64,000 nucleotides of DNA, from assembly GCA_963724295.1 (NCBI GenBank), contig CAVRUC010000007.1, positions 352,001-416,000 of the forward strand. Direction: 5' to 3'. The position numbers and the translations under genes are program-made. Positions 52,046-62,577 of the stretch are shown here, piece by piece. The stretch is from an uncultured Chloroflexia bacterium (lineage in GTDB: Bacteria; Chloroflexota; Chloroflexia; Thermomicrobiales; UBA6265). Positions within the stretch are counted from its first letter, which is position 1, and the number at the start of each line of letters is the position of its first letter. The notes beneath the pieces are model-generated. The model did no database searches. It was given only the letters and a program-made list of their open reading frames with translations, and had not been told where the DNA came from.

Positions 52046-53229
52046 CTTGCGGCGCTTCCAACCAGGGCGCGCGCCCGGTCAACTGATGACACCAGCGCAT
52101 CGATGGCCTCGTCGATCTGATCTTCAGTGTTTGACCGTCCAACGGTGAACCGCAACGCCGACCGGCAGGCGTCGTCCGACAGCCCCATGGCACGCAGGAC
52201 GTGGCTCGGCTCGGTATTCCCCGTCGTGCATGCCGATCCCGCGGAGGCCGCAACTCCGAGCACGTCGAGGCTGAGAAGCAGCGTCTCACCCTGAATACCC
52301 GGAATGGTCAGATTGAAGTTGTTCGGGAGACGAAGCCACGGATCGGACGGGCCATTGAGGATGGCCTCGGGGATCGCCGCGAAGAGACCATGGGCGAGCC
52401 GATCTCGCAATCGCCCACAATGTTCGGCGTAGGCATCGCGCCAGCCGTCCGCGCGTTCCAGGGCCAGGCCCAGCCCGACAATACCCGGCACATTCTCCGT
52501 TCCGCCGCGCCGGCCCTGCTCCTGGCCGCCACCCTTCTGTTGAATTTCGAGCGGCGTACCACGACGCGCGTAGAGCAGCCCGACTCCTTTCGGTCCGTAG
52601 AACTTGTGAGCCGAGAGCGACAGCAAGTCGACGCCGAGGGCATCGACGTCCAGTGGCAGCGTGCCCGCGGCTTGCACGGCGTCGGTATGCAACGGGATAC
52701 CGCGATCGCGAGCAACCGCGCCAATTTCCTGCACTGGCTGGATTGCCCCCGACTCGTTGTTCGCGTACATGACCGAGATCAAGCACGTCTCTGGTCGCAC
52801 CGCGGCGGCAATCGTCTCCGGATCAATCAGACCTCGGGAATCCGGCGCCACGTACGTCGCGGTGAACCCCTGCCGTTCCAGATCCTGCGCGGTATGCAGA
52901 ACCGCGTGATGCTCGATGGTCGTGGTAACGATGTGCGGCTTTGCGCCACCGCCTGTGTGCGCGAGCCTCGCTCCCCAGGCGACACCGCGTAAAGCGAGGT
53001 TGTCACTCTCGGTGGCCCCGCTGGTGAAGATGATCTCTCCTGGGTCACACCCCAGGACACGAGCACAGGAGCTTCGGGCCTGATCTAGCGCGGCGCGGGA
53101 CTCCTGGCCGAGGCGGTAGATGCTCGAGGGGTTCCCGTAGCGCTCCGTGAAGTACGGGAGCATCGCGGCAAGTACATCCGGGTCGAGTGGAGTGGTCGCG
53201 GCGTGATCGAGATAGATGGTGTCGTCCAT
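52042..53229 (-). CDS. iscS: Cysteine desulfurase (group I)
   Basis: YLDHAATTP, GNPSS, HTDAVQA, SAHKFYGPKG, SAGSAC. Confidence 0.94.
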   Translation of the reverse strand: MDDTIYLDHAATTPLDPDVLAAMLPYFTERYGNPSSIYRLGQESRAALDQARSSCARVLGCDPGEIIFTSGATESDNLALRGVAWGARLAHTGGGAKPHIVTTTIEHHAVLHTAQDLERQGFTATYVAPDSRGLIDPETIAAAVRPETCLISVMYANNESGAIQPVQEIGAVARDRGIPLHTDAVQAAGTLPLDVDALGVDLLSLSAHKFYGPKGVGLLYARRGTPLEIQQKGGGQEQGRRGGTENVPGIVGLGLALERADGWRDAYAEHCGRLRDRLAHGLFAAIPEAILNGPSDPWLRLPNNFNLTIPGIQGETLLLSLDVLGVAASAGSACTTGNTEPSHVLRAMGLSDDACRSALRFTVGRSNTEDQIDEAIDALVSSVDRARALVGSAAS

Positions 53230-53310
53230 GAAGTTCGCAGGTCTATGTGGTTCGCTCGCCGAGAGCCCGATGCCAGATGGCAGCCCGCCGCGAGCTGGTC
53301 GGAATCTCGT

Positions 53311-53781
53311 CTAGCTGACGACGGTCGGCTGCTTGCCGGTGACACCCGTTTGACGGGCGGAAGGTCGTGTCGATTGAGCGATGAGATCACCCAGCGTCGT
53401 CGAGTCCAGCGTCTTGACGATGGCGTCGCGCATCTGGAGCCACACCGGGCGTGTCTCGCAGCCGATGATCAACGGGCATGTCTGTTCCGAGATATCCTCT
53501 GAGACGCATTCCATCGGGGCGACCGGGCCTTCCATGACTCGGTAGACCTCGCCCACCCGAACCTCGTGCGGATCCCGTGTGAGCTGATAGCCGCCGCGCG
53601 CGCCGCGCGTGCTCTGCACCAGACCAGCACGTCGCAATGGTCCGATCAGCTGCTCCAGATACGGCATGGGAACCGAAGACGCCTTGGAGACCGCCGCGAT
53701 CGACATCGGGCCATGTCCGTAGTTCTTGGCCAGAGCGACCATTGCCCGGACGCCATATTCGCCTCGAGAAGATACTTTCAT
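53311..53781 (-). CDS. Rrf2-family regulator (IscR-like, three Cys)
   Basis: SSRGEYG, YLEQL, V.STRGARGGY.L, C-x9-C-x5-C; upstream of iscS. Confidence 0.92.
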   Translation of the reverse strand: MKVSSRGEYGVRAMVALAKNYGHGPMSIAAVSKASSVPMPYLEQLIGPLRRAGLVQSTRGARGGYQLTRDPHEVRVGEVYRVMEGPVAPMECVSEDISEQTCPLIIGCETRPVWLQMRDAIVKTLDSTTLGDLIAQSTRPSARQTGVTGKQPTVVS

Positions 53782-53907
53782 GGCCGTCCTGCAAGTGCAT
53801 CTGTGAGCGCTAGGGGAGGGTGGCCCGTAAGGTGGTGATCGTACTGCTCCGCGCAAATCCGATCAAGGGAACCGGCGAGACTCGAGCGTGCGCGGCACCC
53901 GTCGCGG

Positions 53908-55059
53908 TTACGCTCGAAGTCGGGCCAGAGGGCCGCGATCCAGCAGCTCCCGCATCGACCGCGCCGGATCCGGTGAAAGCTGGCGATAGATATGAAGGAA
54001 CCGGTCGCCGGTAAAGATGCCGCGGTACATTCCCGCTTCCAGGACCGGAACCGCCCAGCGGTCCTCCTCGTCCATGAGTCGCTGCACGTCGTGAAGTGGC
54101 ATATCGGCCTCGACGGTGATTGGATTTCGCTCCATGGCCTGGGCAACAACTCGCCCCTTTGGTGATCTGCTCAATTCGGTCAGTAGCTGATTCCGCCACA
54201 GCATGCCGACGACCCTGCCATCTTTGGTGACGGCGATGTCGCGCAGGCCGCCCCGCAGGGCATTTGCGAGCGGTTGATCGGGAGCGATCCCACCCATATC
54301 CCAAAGGGCAAACTGCCCGACGCGCATGCGGCGCATCGCACTCTCGACACGCACGGCGCGGTCTTCAGCGTAGGCCACGATCATGACGAAGACGGAGAGC
54401 AGGACCAGAATGATGCTCTGCGCGACGAAAATGCTGAAGAGAAGAAGCAGGACCGCAAATGCCTCGCCCACGAGTACCGCGACGCGGGTTCCACTCTCGC
54501 GTCCGAACATCGTGGTCAGGCCGGCCCGAAAGATCCGGCCGCCGTCCATGGGGAATGCCGGCAGGAGATTGAAGACGATAATCAGTACGTTTGCGTAGAG
54601 TAAGGTCGTGGCGAGTCCCGCCAGCGACGGGTGGAAGACCGTCGCGGCGTAGTCCTCGAGAGACGAAAAGTCACTGAGGACTCCGATGAGCAGCACGACC
54701 GGCGCAAGAGCGACGACCAGCGCGAAATTGGCGGCCGGCCCGGCCATGGCAATCAACACCTCGGCCCGCGGCTCCGCGGGGAGCTGCTCCATGCGCGCGA
54801 CTCCGCCGACGGCCGAGAGCGAAACATCGTGCACACGGACGCCGTGCTGGCGAGCCATGAATGCATGGCCAAACTCATGCAGAAGAACGCAGGCAAAGAT
54901 GAGGATGACCAGGACGAGGGTGAAAATGACGGCCGACAACCCGACCCCGGCGCCGATCCGACGCCAGTCGATCAACACCCACAGGAAGACGAGGGCGAAG
55001 GTCGGGTGCACGCGGATGTCGATGTCGCGGAGGCGGCCGACAGTTATGGTTCTCATCAT
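53908..55059 (-). CDS. Site-2 protease (M50) with CBS domains
   Basis: HEFGH, AGP, FNLLPAFPMDGGR; C-terminal CBS-like repeats. Confidence 0.92.
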   Translation of the reverse strand: MMRTITVGRLRDIDIRVHPTFALVFLWVLIDWRRIGAGVGLSAVIFTLVLVILIFACVLLHEFGHAFMARQHGVRVHDVSLSAVGGVARMEQLPAEPRAEVLIAMAGPAANFALVVALAPVVLLIGVLSDFSSLEDYAATVFHPSLAGLATTLLYANVLIIVFNLLPAFPMDGGRIFRAGLTTMFGRESGTRVAVLVGEAFAVLLLLFSIFVAQSIILVLLSVFVMIVAYAEDRAVRVESAMRRMRVGQFALWDMGGIAPDQPLANALRGGLRDIAVTKDGRVVGMLWRNQLLTELSRSPKGRVVAQAMERNPITVEADMPLHDVQRLMDEEDRWAVPVLEAGMYRGIFTGDRFLHIYRQLSPDPARSMRELLDRGPLARLRA

Positions 55060-55267
55060 TCATGGAGAGTAGCGGCCTGCGCGGGCGAGCACAAGGCGCC
55101 TCTTCCCGGAGAACTGGGCCCGGATGGTACCAATTGCCGCTCAGCCACAATCGGAAAGCACTCAGCAGGCGCGACGAGAGGCGGCCGGTGGCACATGCTA
55201 CACTCGGGTCCGCGTTAATGGATGATGCTCCCGTACCTGCGCCACCGTCGGTCGGGTACACCTTGGT

Positions 55268-55807
55268 ATGACCGACTCTGGACTCAGCACGCGACTCAGG
55301 CAGCAATCACGTCGCGCCGGCCTCATGGTCGGCATCACGATGGTTCTCGCGATTGCTATCTGTATTTTCGGGGCGGCCGGGCTTTTCGCCTGGCTCTCGC
55401 GCCCATTCTCCGATCTCATCCCCATCGTCGCGCCCGCCGCGCAAGTTCAGCCAGTAGCCGAACCCACCGAACCGTCCGGTCAACAACCGGCCGGCGCAGA
55501 ACCACAGGTCGCGGCGCAGGCCGAACTGACCCAACCTGCACCGGCGGCGCCGACGGACTCCCCGACCGCGGACGATTTCGAGCCTACTCATCAAATCGGC
55601 GCCGGCCAGTCGGTAAATTTTCGATCCGGACCCTCGACGACGGACCCGATTATCGTCGCCCTGCCTCCCAACACCCCGCTTCAGTACTTGAACGAAGACG
55701 CGCCAACAGAGAATCCGAGCGACGGTGATCGATGGATGATGTTCCGCAACGAAGCCGGTGACGAAGGCTGGATCCGCGAGATCGACACCGAGCCGTATCA
55801 ACCATGA
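55268..55807 (+). CDS. Membrane-anchored bacterial SH3-domain protein
   Basis: N-terminal TM, Pro/Ala/Gln linker, VNFRSGPST...W...EGWI. Confidence 0.75.
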   Translation: MTDSGLSTRLRQQSRRAGLMVGITMVLAIAICIFGAAGLFAWLSRPFSDLIPIVAPAAQVQPVAEPTEPSGQQPAGAEPQVAAQAELTQPAPAAPTDSPTADDFEPTHQIGAGQSVNFRSGPSTTDPIIVALPPNTPLQYLNEDAPTENPSDGDRWMMFRNEAGDEGWIREIDTEPYQP

Positions 55808-55856
55808 CAGGCGTTCCCGTCCTTCCCGATCGATTGAAGAAAGTGAGCAACCGCCG

Positions 55857-56897
55857 ATGCAACGAGTGTTGATTGTCGGCCTGGGGCTGATCGGCGGTTC
55901 CATTGGACTCGCCTTACGCCGCTGGTCCGAGGAGCGGAAGGTCGACGGGCGCAAACCCCTCGAGGTGATCGGGTTCGATCCCAATCTCGACCATCAGCGC
56001 GCCGCGGAAAAACTGGGGGCGGTCGACAAAGGGGCCTGGGATCTGTCCAAAGCGGTTCGTGACGCGGATGTCATCGTGCTTGCGACTCCCGTCAACAGCA
56101 TGCGCGCCGTCATGCAGGATCTTGCTCCCCATCTCCAGCCGGGCACTATCGTCGCGGATACCGGCTCGACCAAGGCGCAGGTCCTGAAATGGTCAAGTGA
56201 GATGTTGCCGCGCGATGTGCATTTCATTGGCACCCACCCCATGGCGGGAAAGACGCAGAGCATCGAGGGCGCCGACGCGGATCTCTTTGTCGGGGCAACC
56301 TGGTGCGTCTCGCCATCGGTAACCGCCTCCGAAGAGGCGGTGCGCACCGTGCTGGGTCTGGTTGCTGCGGCCGGCGCCGAACCGTTCTTCATCGACCCTG
56401 AGGAGCACGACGCGTTTGTAGCCGGGGTGAGTCACCTGCCGTTCGTGCTGAGCGCGGCCCTCATGAACGCGGTTTCGCGCGATGCATCGTGGCGAGACAT
56501 GAAAACGCTGACGGCGGGGGGCTTTCGCGACACGACCCGACTTGCGGCCGGTAGTCCAGCCATGCATCGAGACATTCTCTTGACCAATCGCGAAGCGGTG
56601 ACCCGTTGGATCGACGCTGTCGTCGGAACCCTGGGCGAGATCCGCCAGACTCTCGCCTCGGGCGACGAAAACGCCGCGGTCTCACTCGACTCGTTCTTTT
56701 CCGAAGCGCGGGACGCGCGGGCTGTGTGGGCGACGCAGACGACCCGCGAAGGCGAGCTGCTGCAGGGAACGGCTGCCGAGCTGCAACCGGAGAGCGTCTC
56801 CGACCACATGGGCAGGATGTTCTTCGGCGGGTTTGCCAGGCGGTTTCGAACGCCGCCCAGACGCGACGACTCGTCGCCTCCGGCTCCCAGTCAATGA
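55857..56897 (+). CDS. tyrA: Prephenate/arogenate dehydrogenase
   Basis: GLGLIGGS, DTGSTK, HPMAG, EHD..VA.VSHLP, GFRDTTRLA. Confidence 0.92.
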   Translation: MQRVLIVGLGLIGGSIGLALRRWSEERKVDGRKPLEVIGFDPNLDHQRAAEKLGAVDKGAWDLSKAVRDADVIVLATPVNSMRAVMQDLAPHLQPGTIVADTGSTKAQVLKWSSEMLPRDVHFIGTHPMAGKTQSIEGADADLFVGATWCVSPSVTASEEAVRTVLGLVAAAGAEPFFIDPEEHDAFVAGVSHLPFVLSAALMNAVSRDASWRDMKTLTAGGFRDTTRLAAGSPAMHRDILLTNREAVTRWIDAVVGTLGEIRQTLASGDENAAVSLDSFFSEARDARAVWATQTTREGELLQGTAAELQPESVSDHMGRMFFGGFARRFRTPPRRDDSSPPAPSQ

Positions 56898-57343
56898 ACG
56901 CCAGCGACCCCGGAGAGAAATCCTCTCGCGTCGAGCGCGAGGTGCTCGAGATTCTCGAACGCGCCAGCGCCACCCAGTCGCCGGTCGAAAATGTGCAAGC
57001 GACCGTCCGCCGCCAGAGTGCCTCGGCTCGGGCGCGCTTATCCAAGAGCGCGCATCAGCCGTCGCGGCTCCGGGAATGGCCACAGGGACTGTTTAGGATC
57101 GGCGCTGCCCTCCTCCTCGCAATCGCGGCGGCACTGATCGCGGACGCATTTCGGCTGGGCGCGATTGTGTTGGCAATCGCGAGCGCGATAGCTTTCTTCT
57201 CGCTGTGGGTACCAGCTCGGGGATCCGGCCCAGGGGGTGCCCCGCGGTGGCGCGGGCAGGATCTGGGCGACGATGACGATCCGCCTGGTTTCGACGTGCA
57301 ACGCATTCGTCCACGACGAGGTCCCAAGGGACCGTTCAAATGA
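56894..57343 (+). CDS. Hypothetical membrane protein (2 TM)
   Basis: ATGA overlap with tyrA stop; EREVLEILER, hydrophobic pair, C-terminal RWRGQDL. Confidence 0.65.
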   Translation: MNASDPGEKSSRVEREVLEILERASATQSPVENVQATVRRQSASARARLSKSAHQPSRLREWPQGLFRIGAALLLAIAAALIADAFRLGAIVLAIASAIAFFSLWVPARGSGPGGAPRWRGQDLGDDDDPPGFDVQRIRPRRGPKGPFK

Positions 57344-57392
57344 TCTTCCCGCGTTCGATTCCGCCCGCGACGACCCCGTCAGGAGTTTCGCG

Positions 57393-57854
57393 GTGCCGAG
57401 CCTGATTGCCGATGCCGTCGATGCCTACGTCGTCCGCCGCCTCAATGCCCGGTTGCAGTTCTTGCTCCTGCAACGGCGCGCGGACGCCCCGTTCGGCAGC
57501 TCCTGGCAGGCCATCCATGCCCGCGTGGCACCCGAGGAAACGGCTATAATTGCAGCGGAACGGGTCCTTGCGGAGACTACGGGTCTCGTTGCTCACACCG
57601 TCTATAGCGCAGACTATGTCAATCAGATTTTCGATCACGCGCGCGACGCCATCGTCCTGATTCCAGTGTTCGCGTTCGAAGTCGAGCCTCAGGCCAGGAT
57701 CGATCCCGGTGCGGATTTTCTTGGCTACGAGTGGTGTGAACGGGATGAGGCTACGGCGCGACTGCTCTGGGCCGGACAGCGTTGGTCTGTCCGGCATATC
57801 GACGATGTCATTGGGGCTGGTGGGCCAGAGGCCGAGTTCTATCGTATTCGCTAG
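57393..57854 (+). CDS. Nudix-fold protein (NudB-like) with degenerate Nudix box
   Basis: QFLLLQR, WQ, EETA..AA.R.L.E.TGL, IPVFA, YEW; AGGAG SD before GTG. Confidence 0.75.
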   Translation: MPSLIADAVDAYVVRRLNARLQFLLLQRRADAPFGSSWQAIHARVAPEETAIIAAERVLAETTGLVAHTVYSADYVNQIFDHARDAIVLIPVFAFEVEPQARIDPGADFLGYEWCERDEATARLLWAGQRWSVRHIDDVIGAGGPEAEFYRIR

Positions 57855-57932
57855 GCTCCCGTCGTAAGCGCCGAATTACAATCACATCGCGACCGTGCGT
57901 CCTGTCCTGACCCGGTCCTCACAGGAGTGGGA

Positions 57933-59939
57933 ATGCCCGACTTCACAATCGTCTCTGACCTCAGACCGACAGGCGACCAGCCGGCCGCGATCGAGCAGCT
58001 CGTCGACGGATTGGTTGACGGCAAGCGGTTTCAGACGCTTCTGGGCGTCACCGGGTCTGGGAAGACCTTTACGATGGCCAACGTTATCGAACAGGTGAAC
58101 CGCCCCACGATCGTCCTGGCGCACAACAAGACCCTCGCGGCGCAGCTCTACTCCGAGTTCAAAGAGTTCTTCCCAAACAACGCCGTCGAGTACTTCGTGT
58201 CCTACTACGACTACTACCAGCCCGAAGCCTATGTCCCGCGCACGGATACGTTCATTGAGAAAGACGCGGACATCAACGAAGAGATCGACAAGTTGCGCCA
58301 TGCCGCCACCCGGGCGCTGCTCACCCGGCGCGACGTCATCATTGTGGCCTCGGTCTCGTGCATCTATGGTTTGGGCTCTCCGGAGGAATACTCACAGACA
58401 CTTGTGTCGCTTCGCCGCGGCAGTCAAGCGCGGCGAGACAAGATCGTGCGGCATCTGATCGACATTCAATACGACCGCAACGACATGACGCTCGTGCGCG
58501 GCACCTTCCGCGTACGGGGCGATACCCTCGAGATCTTTCCCGCCTATGAGGACATTGCGCTGCGCGTCGAGTTCTTCGGCGACGAGGTCGAGCGCATCGT
58601 CGAGGTCGATCCCTTGACCGGCGAGCTCCTGGTGGAGCGGCTCGAAGTCGACGTCTACCCCGCGAAGCACTTCGTAACGACGGAGGACAAGCTTCGCGCG
58701 GCGATTCGTGATATCGAACAGGAACTGGAAGAGCGGCTCCAGGAACTCGAGGCCGAGGGCAAATTGCTGGAGGCCGCGAGACTCCGCCAGCGCACGATGT
58801 ATGACCTCGAGATGCTCCAGGAGACCGGCTACTGCGCGGGCGTCGAGAACTACTCGATGCACCTGTCACGCCGCAAGCCTGGAGAGCAGCCGTCCACGCT
58901 GCTTGACTATTTCCCTGATGACTTCCTGCTCTTCATCGACGAGTCGCACATCTCGATTCCGCAGGTGCGCGGGATGTATGCGGGGGATCGCTCGCGAAAG
59001 GACGTGCTGGTCGAGCACGGGTTCCGCCTGCCCTCCGCTCGCGACAACCGTCCCCTCACCTTTTCCGAATTCGAACGCATGATCCCGCAGGCCGTTTTCG
59101 TCTCAGCCACGCCCGGTCCGTACGAGCAGGAACACAGCGAGCAGGTCGTCGAGCAAGTGATTCGACCGACCGGATTGATCGACCCGGCCATCTCGGTGCG
59201 CCCCACGAGAGGTCAGATCGATGACCTTCTGGGCGAGATCAACGCCCGCGTCGCGGTGGGCCAACGGGTCCTGGTGACGACGCTCACCAAGCGCATGGCC
59301 GAAGATCTTGCCGACTACTTCAAGGAGATGGGGATTCGCACCCACTACCTGCATAGCGAGATAGACACCCTGGAGCGGGTAGAAATTCTTCGCGACCTCC
59401 GCCTCGGGGTTCACGACGTCGTCGTCGGCATCAACCTTCTCCGTGAAGGGCTCGACTTGCCCGAGGTCTCATTGGTCGCCGTCCTCGACGCGGACAAGGA
59501 AGGCTTCCTTCGCTCGGAAGGCTCGCTGATCCAAACGATTGGACGCGCCGCCCGGCACGTCGACGGTCAGGTCATCATGTATGCGGACACCATGACCCGC
59601 TCGATGAAGGCTGCCATCGATGAGACCTACCGTCGCCGCGCCTTGCAGATCGAGCACAACGAGCGAAACGGCATCGTCCCCCGCGGCATCGTCAAGGAGA
59701 TCAAAGACATCACTGACCGCGTCCGGGCCGTGGCCGAGGAGCAGGTGGGCTATGCCAGCGGCGGCAAGCCCGGCATCATCGCCGAGATCCCGCGAGACGA
59801 GCTGGTGCGCATGGTCAAGGAGCTCGAGGGACAGATGAAAGCGGCCGCGCGCGACCTCGAGTTCGAGAAGGCGGCGCTCCTCAGAGATCAGATCATCGAG
59901 CTGCGCCGGATCACGATGGTCGACCCGGTGCTGAGCTGA
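57933..59939 (+). CDS. uvrB: Excinuclease ABC subunit B
   Basis: [47 protein letters not shown]-terminal UVR domain. Confidence 0.98.
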   Translation: MPDFTIVSDLRPTGDQPAAIEQLVDGLVDGKRFQTLLGVTGSGKTFTMANVIEQVNRPTIVLAHNKTLAAQLYSEFKEFFPNNAVEYFVSYYDYYQPEAYVPRTDTFIEKDADINEEIDKLRHAATRALLTRRDVIIVASVSCIYGLGSPEEYSQTLVSLRRGSQARRDKIVRHLIDIQYDRNDMTLVRGTFRVRGDTLEIFPAYEDIALRVEFFGDEVERIVEVDPLTGELLVERLEVDVYPAKHFVTTEDKLRAAIRDIEQELEERLQELEAEGKLLEAARLRQRTMYDLEMLQETGYCAGVENYSMHLSRRKPGEQPSTLLDYFPDDFLLFIDESHISIPQVRGMYAGDRSRKDVLVEHGFRLPSARDNRPLTFSEFERMIPQAVFVSATPGPYEQEHSEQVVEQVIRPTGLIDPAISVRPTRGQIDDLLGEINARVAVGQRVLVTTLTKRMAEDLADYFKEMGIRTHYLHSEIDTLERVEILRDLRLGVHDVVVGINLLREGLDLPEVSLVAVLDADKEGFLRSEGSLIQTIGRAARHVDGQVIMYADTMTRSMKAAIDETYRRRALQIEHNERNGIVPRGIVKEIKDITDRVRAVAEEQVGYASGGKPGIIAEIPRDELVRMVKELEGQMKAAARDLEFEKAALLRDQIIELRRITMVDPVLS

Positions 59940-59959
59940 ATGGCTCGTTCGGTCGATCG

Positions 59960-60448
59960 ATGAGCGATGCAGCGCTGGAGCAGGCCCGGGAGTATGTCCT
60001 GGTCCTCAACGGGCCGAATCTCAATCTGCTCGGCACCCGGGAGCCAGGTGTCTACGGGAACACCACCCTCACCGAAATTGTGGCAGACCTGGAGACGTTG
60101 GCTGGTGGCACGGATCCTCCACTGCGGATCGAGCACGCCCAGTCAAATCACGAGGGAGTCCTGGTCGACACGATTCAGAAACTCGGTCCGGCCGCGGTCG
60201 GCATCATCATCAATCCCGCGGCGCTGACCCATTACAGCATCGCTTTGCGCGATGCACTGGCAGCAGTCGGCACTCCCACGATCGAAGTTCATTTGTCCAA
60301 TATTCACGCCCGCGAGGAGTTCCGGCACCATTCCGTGGTGGCGCCGGTCGTTCTCGGCCAGATCGCCGGCCTCGGTCCGGACGGCTATCGGCTTGCACTT
60401 CTGCATTTGATCGCGTGTCGCGGCGTCTCTCCTGAGGCGAAACGATGA
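59960..60448 (+). CDS. aroQ: Type II 3-dehydroquinate dehydratase
   Basis: NGPNLNLLGTREP..YG, QSNHEG, INPAALTH, EVHLSNIHAREEFRH. Confidence 0.96.
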   Translation: MSDAALEQAREYVLVLNGPNLNLLGTREPGVYGNTTLTEIVADLETLAGGTDPPLRIEHAQSNHEGVLVDTIQKLGPAAVGIIINPAALTHYSIALRDALAAVGTPTIEVHLSNIHAREEFRHHSVVAPVVLGQIAGLGPDGYRLALLHLIACRGVSPEAKR

Positions 60449-61521
60449 TCGACCGCCTGCGCCGGTTGCGAGAAGCGGCTGCGGCAATTGGAGCCGACGC
60501 AGCGATTGTCACGCACCCGGCCAACCGGCGCTACTTTAGTGGGTTCCCCGCCGGGGACCATGCGCCGGACGAGTCGTCCGGGATTCTCGTCGTCTCGGAG
60601 GAGTCGGCGATCCTCTTTACCGGCCCGACGAACTTGCCATGGGCCGCCGGTTCTGTCCGCTCACCGGTGACAGCACGACCCTGGAGCAGACCGTGGCCAA
60701 CGTTCCTGGGCCAGGAGCTGCAATCGCTAGGCGTTCGCGGTGCGGCGTTCGAGGACCACGCCCTCTCTGTCGCCGACCATGCGGGCATTCTTGCCGCAGC
60801 GGGAGAGATTCAGCTCGTTCCGGTGGGCAATGCGTTTCACGCCTTGCGTGCGGTCAAATCCGACGAAGAGCTGGCCAAGATTACGGAGGCGGCACGCATT
60901 ACGGACGCGGCGTTCGTGACAGGGACATCGGCTGTCGAACCCGGCATCACCGAGAAAGCGCTGGCATGGCGGATCGAGTCCGCGATGCACGAACTTGGCG
61001 CGGATGGTCCCGGTTTCCCGATCATTGTCGCCGCCGGACCGCACGGCGCACGCCCGCATCACGACCCGAGCGATCGACCAATCGGGGAAGGCGAGCCGGT
61101 GGTGATCGACATGGGCGCCATGGTCGATGGCTACACGGCCGACCTGACCCGCACCATCTGTCTGGGCCAAGCGCCACCAATCTACATCGATAGATACAAT
61201 ACGGTGCTGAGCGCTCAGCGACGCGCACTCACGCAGATCCGAGCCGCCATGTCTGCCCGGGAGGCCGATACGGTCGCCAGGGAAGCGCTGTCCGCTGCCG
61301 GGTATGGTGAACAGTTCGTGCATGGGCTTGGGCATGGCGTCGGTCTGAACATTCACGAGTTTCCTTCCCTGGGGCAGAACTCAGACGACGTCCTGGAGCC
61401 AGGTCACGTCGTCACGATTGAACCGGGGTTGTATTTCGAGGGCTGGGGTGGCATCCGTATCGAGGATCTCTGCGTCGTCACCCCGACGGGACTCGATGTC
61501 CTTTCAGCAGCCCCAAAGTAG
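60445..61521 (+). CDS. Xaa-Pro peptidase (M24B, YqhT-like)
   Basis: [38 protein letters not shown]. Confidence 0.93.
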   Translation: MIDRLRRLREAAAAIGADAAIVTHPANRRYFSGFPAGDHAPDESSGILVVSEESAILFTGPTNLPWAAGSVRSPVTARPWSRPWPTFLGQELQSLGVRGAAFEDHALSVADHAGILAAAGEIQLVPVGNAFHALRAVKSDEELAKITEAARITDAAFVTGTSAVEPGITEKALAWRIESAMHELGADGPGFPIIVAAGPHGARPHHDPSDRPIGEGEPVVIDMGAMVDGYTADLTRTICLGQAPPIYIDRYNTVLSAQRRALTQIRAAMSAREADTVAREALSAAGYGEQFVHGLGHGVGLNIHEFPSLGQNSDDVLEPGHVVTIEPGLYFEGWGGIRIEDLCVVTPTGLDVLSAAPK

Positions 61522-61536
61522 GAGAAGCGTTGCTCG

Positions 61537-62097
61537 ATGATAGAAACTGGTGATCTGAGAAAGGGACTGACGTTCAATCTCGACGGCCGGCTCGTCAAAG
61601 TCGTCGATTTTTCTCACAACAAGCAGGGGCGTGGGTCCGCGCAGGTGCGGATGACCCTTCGCGATCTTCGCACCGGGTCGCTGACACAGCACACCGTGCA
61701 GGCGGGAGCGAAGTTCCCGCAAGTCCGGCTCGACCGGCAGCACGTGCAGTACCTCTATGCGGACGGCGACCAGCACCATTTCATGGATACCGAATCGTTC
61801 GACCAGATCGTGCTCGACTCGACCACCATCGGCGAATCGGGGAGGTTCATTCGGGAGAACGACGTCGTCGACCTGTTGACCTACAACGGGGAGCCCATCG
61901 ACATCGAGCTACCACCCTCGGTGCTCCTCGGCGTTACCGGCACCGACCCGGGTTTGAAAGGTGACACCGCCAGCGGCGCAACCAAACCAGCCACGTTGGA
62001 GACAGGGCACGTGGTCAACGTTCCGCTGTTCATCAACATCGGTGACACCCTGAAGATCGACACGCGGTCCGGGGAATACATCGAGCGAGACAGCTAA
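61537..62097 (+). CDS. efp: Elongation factor P
   Basis: [45 protein letters not shown]. Confidence 0.96.
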   Translation: MIETGDLRKGLTFNLDGRLVKVVDFSHNKQGRGSAQVRMTLRDLRTGSLTQHTVQAGAKFPQVRLDRQHVQYLYADGDQHHFMDTESFDQIVLDSTTIGESGRFIRENDVVDLLTYNGEPIDIELPPSVLLGVTGTDPGLKGDTASGATKPATLETGHVVNVPLFINIGDTLKIDTRSGEYIERDS

Positions 62098-62577
62098 GTG
62101 ACTCAACCGAGTGGCTCAGACCCGGGACCGCCGGACCCGGAACAGGTTGCCGATCTGGTGCAATCCCTGGCCACGGTCATGCGCCAGTCGTCCATCACCG
62201 AGTTGGACGTCGATTTGGGAGAGGTCTCGGTGCGGTTGCGCAGACCGGCGCCCGACCATGATGGCGGCGGCGAGCCGCGGCAGGAAAGCCAATCGCCGGC
62301 CGCAACCGAACTCGACCCGCCCGAGATCCTGATTACCGCTCCGATGATCGGCACATTCTATGCCGCGGCGACACCCGGGGCTCAACCGTTCGTGGTCGAG
62401 GGTGATGAGGTCTACGTTGGGCAGACGATCGGCATCATCGAAGCGATGAAGATCATGAACGAGATCGCCGCGGACCGCGCGGGCATAGTCGAATCGATCC
62501 TGGTCGGCAACGGACAGCCCGTTGAATATGGTTCACCACTCATGCGCCTCGGAGCTGGCCGGAGCGATCGCGCGTGA
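62098..62577 (+). CDS. accB: Acetyl-CoA carboxylase biotin carboxyl carrier protein
   Basis: APMIGTFY, IIEAMKIMNEI (biotinylated Lys), PVEYG. Confidence 0.95.
   Translation: MTQPSGSDPGPPDPEQVADLVQSLATVMRQSSITELDVDLGEVSVRLRRPAPDHDGGGEPRQESQSPAATELDPPEILITAPMIGTFYAAATPGAQPFVVEGDEVYVGQTIGIIEAMKIMNEIAADRAGIVESILVGNGQPVEYGSPLMRLGAGRSDRA

Noticed and set aside
57855..57932. LexA box upstream of uvrB
   Set aside because: No GAAC-N4-GTTC/GTAC or CTGT-N8-ACAG match in correct spacing
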